Source of the DNA: Lama glama
Lineage: Eukaryota
Assembly: GCA_028534125.1 (NCBI GenBank)
Contig: CM052816.1
Coordinates: 92,940,001-93,004,000 of the forward strand
DNA length: 64,000 bases
Direction: 5' to 3'
Of the stretch, positions 12,659 through 23,449 are shown piece by piece. A model generated the notes under the pieces. That model was not told where the DNA came from. It searched no databases and saw nothing but the letters and a program-made list of their open reading frames with translations. Position numbers and translations under genes: made by a program. Within the stretch, counting starts at the first letter, position 1. Each line of letters begins with the position of its first letter.

Positions 12659-13734
12659 AAAACTCATTCTCCTTTTTCCTGGCCTTACCGGGGGATGCTG
12701 GTGGGGGTGTGGATAAAGAAGGCAGACTTTTTGCTTATTCATCCAGCCTGGGGCGTCTGTGCAGGTGGCTGTTGGAAAGTTTTGACTGGTTTACTACAGT
12801 TTGCAGGGAGCTCTAGACGAGCGTGGGGGCCATGCGGGAAATGCCAGCACTCCAGGGTGTGTGGTGGGGGGAAGCCCCAGAAAGCTAATGGCCCATTGTC
12901 GTGCCTGTCGCGTGGTCTCCTTGGGGGGCCAGGCCCTCTCTAGATGGAGTCCAGCTCTTGGCAGCAATCCCTCAGCTGCCCCGTCAGCCACTGGCAGGCA
13001 CTGCTGGGGACACAGGCACTTCTGTGTCCCTCCTCAGTCCTCCTCTGCAGCAGCCAAGAGACTGACCCGGAATCAGGAGCTGCCGTAGACTGGAGCCTTT
13101 GTAACTGCACAATGGTCAACGATGGCTCTCAGAAGACCCCAGAGGCAGCTCCTTTCACGGTGGGATTTCCTTCCTTGTGGGTTTTCCCAACTGTCTTTGT
13201 CTTGGGCCGTGTCTAACAGATGTCTGGGACCTTGGAGAGCCTTCTGAAAAAGCAGTGACAACTAGACCTGGGGGCCTTTCCGGGAGAGCTGCCGCAAAGG
13301 CCCTTCCGGGGTCAGCTGAGGCCTTGGCAGGAGTGACATGGACGGACAGATCGCAGGATGCCCCGGCCTCTCCCTCCAGTGTCCTTCCCTCAAGGGGTGG
13401 CAGAACACTTCCAGGTAGTTTTAGGAGATGGCTTCTGATACAGCCGGATGGAGATAAAAATCAAATTCCAAGAATTCCTCTTTTGGAGGCCTCCTGTAAA
13501 ATTATAAAGAACTTCTCAAGCATGTGAAATATGAAACTGCAGGGTAAGGTGACTGTTTTTTTTTTTTAATCAACACGATAAACCTGATATATCCAAATCA
13601 GGGTCGTCCTTCAGGAGTGCTCCCCCAGAATCCTGACTCATTGCAACTGTGGTTTCACTGCTTCACATATACTTGAAACTCCTCCTTTGAAGTTATTTTC
13701 CCAATTAATCAATTGGATCATTTCGTGAAAATAC

Positions 13735-14050
13735 TGTGAACAACCCAAAGAGCTAATAATAGGGAATGAATAAAAAAAGAATCATATTATATGATCATTA
13801 AAATATTGTTCATGTAGACTGTGGGACTATGCTTATGGTAATACATGAAATGAGAAAGGAATGTATGAATGTACATTAATTATTTCAAGTTAATTTTTTA
13901 AAAAAGTGAAGTAGACAGAAGAAAAGACAGGAAGAAAATCCCCCCAAATGCTGAGGGTAGTTGTATTAAGTCACTGGAATTATAGGTGATTAATTTACTT
14001 TTTTTATTTTTCAAGTTTTCCATGGTGTGAATATGTACTTATGTAATCTT
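13735..14050 (+). mobile_element. Very old L1 (L1ME-like) 3'UTR
   Basis: aaaagacaggaagaaaatcccccaaatgctgagggtagttg...tggaattataggtgatt...atatgtacttatgtaat. Confidence 0.7.
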
Positions 14051-14052
14051 TT

Positions 14053-14115
14053 CTTTTTTTTTTTTACATTTTTTATTGAGTTATAGTCATTTTACAAAGT
14101 TGTGTCAATTTCCCC
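14053..14115 (-). mobile_element. Ultra-short young L1 3' tip with TSD
   Basis: T-tail plus acatttttattgagttatagtcattttacaaagttgtgtcaatttcc matches the L1 ends at about 25105-25143 and 50524-50577; TSD atgtaatctttt at 14041-14052 / 14116-14127. Confidence 0.9.
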
Positions 14116-14342
14116 ATGTAATCTTTTTTAAAGTGTACTTTAAAAAAAAAATCTTATGAAAAGTATTGCCTGGGAAAGATTAGTTTAATAGGCTTAGGAG
14201 AAAATTAGTCTTATTAATGTATAATTGCAATCTACTCTGGGCAAAAATTGCCATGTGGTTAATCACATCTCTGACTTTTCAGCTATTTCTAAAAATTAGA
14301 TATATTTTAAAAGGTGATAAAATTCACCACCCCTGAATATTT

Positions 14343-14432
14343 TTGTCTATTTTGTTCAGTGATCTATTCCTAGGTGCCAGCATGGTGTCTGCTCATAGTA
14401 GGACTCAGTAAGTATTTGCTGAATGAATGAAC
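14343..14432 (+). mobile_element. L2 3' terminus
   Basis: catagtaggactcagtaagtatttgctgaatgaatgaa. Confidence 0.85.
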
Positions 14433-14547
14433 CGGCTATAGGCTGTCAAATGAGCTGGAGTGTAGGACAGAGAATGGGCCAGTAGAATGAAAAAGGCAAA
14501 TCAAAGACAAGAATTGCAGGAAATGCTTTGCAGAAGACAGCTAGACA

Positions 14548-14878
14548 CATACTTCAGGACTCCCCCAGACCCCTTGGGTCCCCTCTATGGTCCTGCTTGC
14601 TCTCCCAGCTCTAGTGTGCTTTTGTTCCCCAAGGCTCACACCTGCCACTCTTCTTGGAGAACTGAGCTCAGGGTCCTGGAGCTCATTTGCCTGTCAACCG
14701 AGAGAGCAGACAGTGCCAGGAAATTCTTTCCCCCAGGAAGCCCGTGCCCTTGACGATGGGTGCCCCCCACTCCCCACCCCCTCATGGATTCAGTTGATAC
14801 TGCCCTCCCTGTGACTTAGCCCAAAATCAGACTCTTTCTTGTCTCAGAGTCTGCTTCTGAGAAACATGACCCGAGACA
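14548..14878 (+). mobile_element. ERVL LTR16-like remnant
   Basis: Ends tcttgtctcagagtctgcttctgagaaacatgacccgagaca; internal agagagcagacagtgccaggaa. Confidence 0.6.
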
Positions 14879-14924
14879 ACAGTAATTCAGCAACAGCAAG
14901 AAAACTTCACATTCATGGGCTGCT

Positions 14925-15045
14925 GACTGGCAAAGTTGTAATGTGTGCGTGCATCACCTCATTGAAGTAGGGGCTATAACTAGTCCCATTTTCACTCGAG
15001 GAAACGGAGACCAGAGGGGCTAAATAACTCGCCTTTGTGTTAGAA
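14925..15045 (-). mobile_element. MIR SINE fragment
   Basis: tcccattttcactcgaggaaacggagaccagaggggctaaataactcgcc is the reverse MIR core. Confidence 0.7.
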
Positions 15046-16496
15046 GATTTCGTTCCATCTTGAGTTGGGAGTTTCTGAGTGTCCTCCAAGAAAGGCCTGG
15101 AACTCATTCTGCTGGCCTTTCTCCTGGTATACTTACCTATAAGAAAGTAGCAAAGACCAACCCAGGGAGTAGAAAGGTTAGGAGCCACATTGGGTGTGTA
15201 GATGGACAGATCATCCCAGCCGCCTGTGGATGGAGCAGAAGCAGAGTCAGATATTCACCGAGGAAGTCCCCACATTTGTGAACACGCTCAGAAGAGGCAA
15301 CATTTGTGGGCCTGCTGGAGGTCTGGCTGCCAAGGGCGCACTGAGCAGACGATGAAATCCAGGTTCTGTGGAAGCTTCACTCAGGTCTTTGGATCGTCCT
15401 TGATCTAGCACCAAGAGACATCTGTTCTGGTCTTTAAGGAGCTGAAATGGAAGTAAATATGTGACACGTGGTGCCTGTCTCCTCCAGTAAGCTCATTTCA
15501 CTTGTGGAAGTGGGAGTATGTATTTAAGTGCAGAGTTATGTTAAAACAGTGTTTTGGTGTAGTGTGGGGACTATGCCCTATCACTGTTTGTTGGATTTGT
15601 TGGGTTACTAAGTGGATGAATGAGTGAATGTGGATGACAATCTAAGGAGAATGATATCCCTGAAGGTTCAATCCAATTCAACATTCTTCAACGCCACCTG
15701 CGGTGTGGGAGCCATTGCCCTGGGTTGTGTAGGGAATGGATGCAAAGGTAAAAGGAGGGAATTAGACAAGCCTCAACAGGACTGTGACTCCAGGTAGACA
15801 AGGTAGGAGTCCCCAGAGGCAGCAGGCAAAGTTACAGAGGTTCAAAGAAGAGCAGGTTTCCACCCATTCGGCAGGGCAATCAGGAATGTCAACCTAGAGG
15901 AACTGGCATTTGAATTTGCCACAGAAGGAGTAGTATTTCAATCAGTGGGCATGTGGGTGTGGAGTCTGAGCTGGGATGGGGAGAGGTGGGAGTAGAGAAG
16001 ACAGAGCAAACAAGGCCAGGAAACACAAGCTGAGAAGTCTGGTTGGATCAGAATACGGATGCTGGTGAGAAATATTGGGACATAAGGCTTGAAAGAGAGG
16101 TTGGTTGTGAACTCAGTAAAAACAGTTTTCATGATTGTGATGGATTTGAACTGATCTAGTTACATGTTCTTGCCTGGTCCTCTTTGAGAGGCTGGGAGCT
16201 GCCACAGGGACACAGCACTATCGTGATTGTCAATCAAATAGTGGCAGCTTCAGCCACGCCCTCCTCCCCATGACCTGTTACCGCTGGGCTCCGATACCTG
16301 TCTGAATTAGAATAGCCTTTGAAGGTATAAGAGGGTACGAACTAATATCAGTTAAGACCCAAGTGTAATCTTGGCAACAGTTAGAAAAAATAAATTGAGT
16401 ATTACTCCGTGCCCAATTAAGCACAGAATAACAGCGTGGAAATGGAAATTTATCTGCAGCTGGATAGCTTCGTTGCAGGTTAATGACAAAGCTGAG

Positions 16497-17062
16497 TGCA
16501 GTGGATCATATGTTCCAAAAATGGCTGCAACGGAATCTCCCATCCCACATGCTTTTCGGCAAGGTGACCTTCCTGCTCCCCATCGGGAGGGGCAATTTAT
16601 TTCTCCACACCCTGGAACCTGGGTGGGCCCCGTGGCTACTTTTCATCTGTTGGTTACTATGAAAATCACGTTGCCACAGTTCCCAGCACAGCCCTTCACT
16701 GGCCTGGCGGCTTCTGCTTCCTGCCCTTTGAAACACTCATCCCTGCAGTGCTCCTCAGGAAACCTGGCCACCCGGCTGTGGGAAGTCCAAGTCACATGGA
16801 GACGCTCACGTAGGTCAACAGCCCCGGCTGAGCCATCTCTGCTATGGCCCCCGTGGATGGACCTTAGAGGATGTCCAGCCCAGCGAGTCTCCAGGTAACC
16901 ACAACCCCAGCTGACATGGTATCAGGCTGCAACTCCATCAGTCTCTGAGCAGGAACCACTCAGCCCAGTCAACTCACAGAACCGTGAGACACAATCACAA
17001 ATTGTTATTTGAGCTGTTATGTTTTGAACTTGTTTATTACTCAACAATGGACGTTCGGAACA
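16497..17062 (+). mobile_element. MaLR solo LTR (MLT1G/H-like)
   Basis: ccaaaaatggctgcaacggaatctcccatccc...ggcttctgcttcctgcc...cagcccagtcaactcacagaaccgtgaga...ggaaca. Confidence 0.8.
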
Positions 17063-17794
17063 CCAAGATTTGGGGTGATCGTTGGCCATTTTAGAGTAGA
17101 GAGCTTGTCCCCAGGGTGCTGTGTTGGGAAGGACCGTGCTGAAGCCTCTGTGATGAGGCTGAGGCTTCGGGGGTGGGGGTGGGGGGCTACAGTAGAAGTG
17201 TTGGCTGACACTGTGCCCTCTAAGTTCCTTTGAAGTCAAAACCCATCAGATAAAATATAAAATATCTGAAGTCCTTAATTATCATGGCACTTCAAGTTTG
17301 AAAGGAGGGAATCTTTCTCTGATTTCAAATAAAAATCGTAAATATTTAAACAGTCTTTGCTTCTCCTCCTTTTCTAATTCCCTCTCACCCTCCCTCCTAC
17401 CTCATCTCCAAACCTGAATTCCTGGATTAATTTTTAACAATGATAGTTCAGGGAAGAATTTTAGCTTTTGAAGATTTTTTTAAAAGGTGCTGCATTCTTT
17501 GGTGACTTGCTTTGTACCTTCCACCCCTGAAATTTCAGATGATGCTTTGTGAGGGTTCTTTGTGTGAATCTTTTGTTATAAAGCCAGAAAAGTTGGTATT
17601 TCTTCTGAATAAGGTCAGGACGTACAAGTTCTCATCCTGATGATGTCAATCACTTTATTTATTTAATTTTCTATTACAGAAATTTATTGCCAAGAGGCTT
17701 TTGAGTAATTAAAAAAATTAGACATAATTAAAAATAAAAATATTAGGGCTAAAAACAAAACAGGCATATTTTTTAAAAGGCAATTGCCTTTCTT

Positions 17795-17916
17795 TTCTCT
17801 GACTTATAAAAAGGAAATCCTTGGGTATCATACCCTGTTGAAATGTAATGAATATTTACCAAGTGCTTTGAGATCCACCCTGAAAGGTGTCATAAACTTC
17901 AAGTGCCATTGTTATT
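17795..17916 (+). mobile_element. Ancient amniote SINE 3' tail (MIR1_Amn/AmnSINE-type)
   Basis: aagtgctttgagatccaccctgaaaggtgtcataaacttcaag...attgttatta resembles the aagcgctttgagatcc...gaaaggcgctata tail of these SINEs. Confidence 0.45.
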
Positions 17917-18376
17917 AAAGCACTGTCATTTTAACAGAGCTTTAAGCATTTACATCCTACCTCTGATGTAACGTGAGCTGTAGGCATAATCTTTAGATTC
18001 AAGGAACAAATAACTTCCTAATATAATAACACGTCCTTGCTCTTACTCCACCCACTAAATAATTACAGGAGAAATGAATAGGATGTGTGCTGACACAGAC
18101 AACAGACACTAAGGATGGATGTTGTTTCTTCCTTGATGACCCTTCTCATGAGCACTTTTTTAAAAAGGTGCCAACGTGACAGCCTTGAGTTGAAAGCTTG
18201 GCTGGCTCCTTAGGAGTTATTCAAGCCAACCTGGTGTTTGTATTGCCTCTTTAGTATGTGTTTAAAGGACCTGGGTGCAAAAAAAGATCCATTTAAGATA
18301 TCTTCTCTCGCTGACACTGCAAGAACAATAAATGGTGTTTATAGATGAAGAGCATCCTACAGGAAACTGGTCCAAA

Positions 18377-18492
18377 GGGTTGGTTTCTGGTCTCTATTCC
18401 ATCACTGACTGGCTCTGATGTCTTGAAAAGTTCCCTTTGATCTCTCTGGATCTTTTTTCATCTATGAAACACAATGACTTCTTCTAGCTTCA
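18377..18492 (+). mobile_element. MIR3/MIRc-like fragment
   Basis: ggtttctggtctctattccatcactgactggctctgatgtcttg...ctctctggatcttttttcatctatgaaa. Confidence 0.55.
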
Positions 18493-20029
18493 TTAATGTA
18501 TAAGCTTATAAAACACTGAACTCTATTTATTCTCTGTGAGATCCCCTGTGTCCCAGAGTGAGACTAGGCTGGGCTATCTTCTGTTCCCTGTGATGTGACA
18601 TGGTTTGTGTATTTCATGATGACTGTTCACTTCTGGTTTGTAATCAGCATGATTCAATGATTAATACTTGAGTCAAGCCACATCCTGTGGTATCTTAAAT
18701 CTAGTACATGAAATAACAACTGCCATAGGGTAAACGGTTATAAAACATATTAAAAAATCTAGATGGAGGGAAGAAGTAGGTGGAATGGGGAAGAGGTGGG
18801 CAGTACAGAATTAATTTTTTTCATTTTCTCTAATCTCTGCTTATGAAAGGCAAGACATTCAATTTTGCCATACTGGTTCCTGATTCAACCACACAGATAC
18901 AACACTCAGTCTGTGAATACACTTTATTGATTTTCTCAAAAAGTAAGAATGCAAATGGACTGAAGTCCTCCAGATGTAACTTTGAAAAATAAACTGGTTG
19001 TGTTTTCAGCCACAGAGATTAAAAATGGTCAACGGTTTTGTCCTTGTTATCAGGGCTTTAAGTTACAAGGGTTTGGTTAGTGGAGATGACTCATAGCTTG
19101 TGAGTGATCTGAGGAAGGAGGTGGCTGAACTGTTTATTTTTTTTTTTAATCTGTGAGAAGTTTCTGTAAACATACGGCTTTTTAAAAATCTTCGGGTCTC
19201 CAAAAAAAAAGCATTGGAACTAGTGGGAGATTATGGTCACATCCCCCCCTACTGGGCACCGTTGGAAATTGCTTACTTGTGTGGTCCCAGCTGACAAAGA
19301 TGTGTGGATGATGGATGGTGGAAGATTCCCATGGAAACGGGAACCTTGGGATTCTCTTGTTCAGGAGGTGGGAAGAAAAACAATAGGGTGTGTGTGTTTG
19401 TGAGTGTGTATGTGTTTTCTACCAGACAGGAAAAAAAATCATAGAAAAAGGCATGGAACTCAGCAAATTGATTTTACTGGAGAAGAGTTATTACGTATGA
19501 ATAATCATGCGAATGCAGCTGGAGGTGGACAGAACTAGCAATGGAGCGAATGCAACGAGGATAGAGCTGGTTGTGAAGGTTCTGAACAACAGGCTGCACA
19601 ATGCGGAGCCACTGAAGCTCATTTTGAGTGGAGGAACTCACTTGTTTATTTATCTGATCAGCAACTGTTTACGGGCCAGGTGCAATAAGCTAGCCGTTCG
19701 CTAAGTGCTGTGCACAAGCAGAGACCCATCTCATTCAGATCCTGACCGGAAGCAGTTTAATGTCTAGTAGTTGAAATTAGACAGGTACCTAAGCAATCAA
19801 TACACAAAGTAGAAAGTGGTGCATCATACAAAGTGAAACTAGGAAGCAAGAGGAATTACTTTCAGCCCTGGACTAGGGCGAAGTTTAATAGAAGACTGTT
19901 ATGTTGAAGGGGGAGATGACCTTGGCAGTGAGAATGTACTGGAGACTGAAATGTAAGAAGCCAGTTAGAGGCTAACAAAATTTTTGTATATCAAATCTTA
20001 TACTGAATAATATTCAATTTCATAATGCG

Positions 20030-21630
20030 CCACCTTAGATTACTAATATGTGTGGAATGAATGTGGGTAAATGAATTGTGATATGTTCATCCTATGAAAT
20101 ACTATTCAGCTATAAAAAGAACACAAACTGATTCATGCAATGATATGGATGAATCACCTAGACTTTCTTTTTTCTACTTTTATTTTTTTATTGAAGTAGA
20201 GTTGACATACAATATTATATTAGCTTCTGGTGTACAACATAGTAATTCAACATTTATGTACATTAGGAACAGATCACCACAAGTGCAGTTACCATCCCTC
20301 ACCATACAAAGTTGTTAAACTGTTGACTGTGTTCCCTATGCTGTATATTACATCTTGGTGACTTATTTTATAACTGGAGGTTTGTACCTTGATCTCTTTT
20401 ACCTGTTTTACCCAACCTCCACCTCGCCTCCCTTCTGGCAACCACCAGAATATCTGTATCTATGAGTCTGTTACTATTTTGTTTGTTTGCTTTGTTTTTC
20501 AGACTCCATATGTAAGTGAAATTGTACGGTATTTGTCTTTCTCTGTCTGACTTATTTCATTTAGCATAATGGGTCTAGGTCTATCCACATTGTCACAAAT
20601 GACAAGATTTCATTCTTTTTATGGCCAAGTAATATTCCATTATATGTATACACCACATCTTCATCATCCATTCATCTATTGATGGATACTTAGGTTGTTT
20701 CCATATCTTGGCCATTGTAAATAGTCCTGCAGTGAACATTTAGATGTATAAATCTTCTTGAATTAGTGAGGTTTTTTTTTGAGAAATATCCAGAATTGGA
20801 GTTGCTAGATCATATGGTAGTTCTATTTCTATTTTTTTGAGGAGCCTCCGTATTTTCCATAGTGGCTGCATCAATTTACATTCTCACCAACAGTGCACTT
20901 GGGTTCCCTTTTCTCCACATCCTCCCCAACACTTGTTATTTGTTGTCTGTTTGATGATAGCTTTTCTGGCAAGCATGAGGTGATAGCTCATTGTAATTTT
21001 GATTTGCATTTCCCTGATGATTAGTGATGCATCTGACGTGTCTGTTGGCCATATGTATGTCTTCCTTGGAAAAATATCTGCCCATTTTTTAATTGGTTTT
21101 TTTTTAGATACTGAATTGTGTGAGTTCTTGATATATTTTGGATATTAACGCCTTATCAGATATATCATTTGCAAATATCTTCTCCCATTCAGGGGGTTGC
21201 CTCTTCATTTTGTTGCTGGTTTCCTTCACTATGCAAACTATAGTTTGCTATAGTCCCATGTGTTTATTTTTGCTTTTGTCTCCCTTGCCTGAGGAGAAAG
21301 ATCCAAAGAAATACTGCTAAGACCGATGTCCCAGCCATTATTATGAACAAGAGAAATCTGATGGAAAAGTGGGAAGACTGTATAATTCTGTTTATTTGAT
21401 GAAATTCTAGAACAGACCAAATAAATCTATATTAATAGAAATCAGATCAGAGGTTGACTAGGGTGTGGTGGTGGAGATGCTGATTGAGAAACCCTCTGAG
21501 AAGTTATTCTATATCTTAAATGCAGCATTGGTTACATGGGTGAGTCCATTTGTCAGAATTAATCCATTTCCACTTAAAATATGTAAACGATATTGTGTGT
21601 AAGTTATACCACAATAAAGTCTACTTAAAA
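20030..21630 (+). mobile_element. Old L1ME-like 3' end, split by a younger antisense L1
   Basis: tgaaatactattcagctataaaaagaac...atggatgaatc before 20163; resumes about 21334 with atgaaattctagaacagacc...agaaatcagatcagaggttg...caataaag. Confidence 0.75.
20164..21333 (-). mobile_element. L1MA-like 3' fragment nested in L1ME
   Basis: T-rich tail, ttgaagtagagttgacatacaatattatattag, antisense ORF2 motifs (ttgatttgcatttccctgatgattagtgatg; [14 protein letters not shown]). Confidence 0.9.
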
Positions 21631-21809
21631 AGTAGGAAATGATGAAGCATAAGGAGTTACTATGGTCAGCAAGGTATATAACTTATAAATGATCATTTCT
21701 AAATTGCTTTAATTAATAATTAAAATGTAGCTTAAACCCACTTTAACAAAGAATTATGGCTTTATTCAAAACAAAACAGAAAGAGATGTGATGGATAGCG
21801 TGAGTCATT

Positions 21810-21950
21810 CTCTCATATTTCCTGAAGGGGTGAATGGAGAGAAGGGAGTAAAGGGAATATTAAAAATAGTGATCGGAGAATTTTCCAAAACTGATGAAAG
21901 ATGTGAATCTACAGGAGCATAACATACACCAAGTATGGATAAGTAAAAAT
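21810..21950 (+). mobile_element. L1 ORF1-region remnant
   Basis: gagaattttccaaaactgatgaaagatgtgaatctacag (ENFPKLMKDVNLQ). Confidence 0.6.
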
Positions 21951-23449
21951 GCATGTTTCCATTCATAGATTTAATCTACCATAAAAAATTAAGCCAATGG
22001 AGCTTTTAGTGGAAATAAAGAAAAATCAACAAAACTAGAAGAGTGGAGACAACTGAGTGATAATAAGGAGCCATGCAAAGGTTGATCAGTCATTTCTCCA
22101 ATTAACCTTTCAAACAGTTCCTAGATCTGCCCCAAATTTCCTTATTCTTGGTACTTTTATTTAAAAACCAGAGTTAGGTTTTCTTTGGTCTCTAAAAAAG
22201 ACGCTTTTTCAAATGGAGCTGGAATGAGAACTTTGAAATTGTAAAGGGAGTTATAGTAGGTCTGAAGAGCAGTTTGATTTGCTCTTTCAGTGGAAGTTGA
22301 AAGAAAATTCCTTGATAGGCAAAAATATCCCATAAAGTCTCGCTTACAGAAATAAGTACAGTGGAGTTTTTTTCCCCTTTGGTATTCAGGCAAGCTCCCC
22401 ATAAACTAGGAAAAATGTCATAAAAGTGAAACTGAGATAAAAGACCACAAGTAGATTTGAAGCTGCTTAAACATAGAATAGGGAATCTTGCCATGGGTCA
22501 GTGGTAATGGAAATCATTTACTTTGGACACCTGATTTTATTATTCTGTGATCATTTACATAACTTAAATGCATGCTGAAGCCATGCGTTCATAGATATTT
22601 CTCTCATGCATTCAGATTTAAGGAATAATTTTGTTTTCTATAAATAGCTAAGAAGAACTAGGAGATAGAGATTTAAAAAGAGAGAGAGAGAGCAGTAAAT
22701 TCAGGCACAAAGTATCTTCCTTTATTCTTGCCCACATCTGTATCCTTGTCCTTATTCGTTCCTGCCTTTGGCAGAGAGCCCAGAGACCACAGGTTCAGTT
22801 ATGAAGCAAATTCCTTACTGCTGACTCCACGGAGGGATTCTGATTATGTGTAATCTGGGAGAAATGCGGTAATTTTCATTCATCTGTTCAGAAGCTCTAC
22901 TGAGGTTAAAGTGCCTATCAAGGTAATTCAGCAATCTAAAAGGGAGTTACCTTGCCCCCTTTTTCTCCAAAACAATTAGAGCTTCAAGACACTACCTGTC
23001 TTTGAACAGATCGATCTTCCCATAAAAATTCCTGAGCTAATTTCTTTTCCCTGAAAATTGCAGCATGTTTCCACACATGTGATGTGTATCAAAGGGAGAT
23101 GTTCTGAATCCATTCCCCTTTGACTCCATTCCATTGCCACTTTTGAGTCAGTTTGTTTATTTCCTGTTCAAGGAAATCCATTGCTCATCAGTCAGTGAGT
23201 CCTTGTGAGAAATGTATTCAATTATATTACCTCCCTGGTGGTGAGGAAGAAGAGAAAAATCAGGAGGTTCTTCTCTTAAGAATTAACCCTTAAAGAAGTT
23301 TTCTTACTACTGTAAAGAGACCTTTGAATGTATTGCGATCTTGGACCAGCTTTGGGAAAGCATCCTCTACTGTTTTTCATTTTTTCAGTGTTTGGGTTGT
23401 CCAGTGTCCACTTGCACTAATGAATGTGATTGGCATTTTTTTTATATTA

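Larger units (their letters stand above)
13570..14342. mobile_element. MARNA-like mariner fossil in two pieces (about 13570-13700 and 14170-14342), split by L1 insertions
   Basis: ttgaaactcctcctttgaa and gacttttcagctatttctaaaaattaga...aaaggtgataaaattcaccacccctgaatatt resemble MARNA as I recall it. Confidence 0.5.

Noticed and set aside
16371..16898. 175-aa ORF
   Set aside because: Mostly inside an MLT1 LTR; chance open frame.
17776..17791. 16-bp palindrome aaaggcaattgccttt
   Set aside because: About one such palindrome is expected by chance in 64 kb (64000/4^8).
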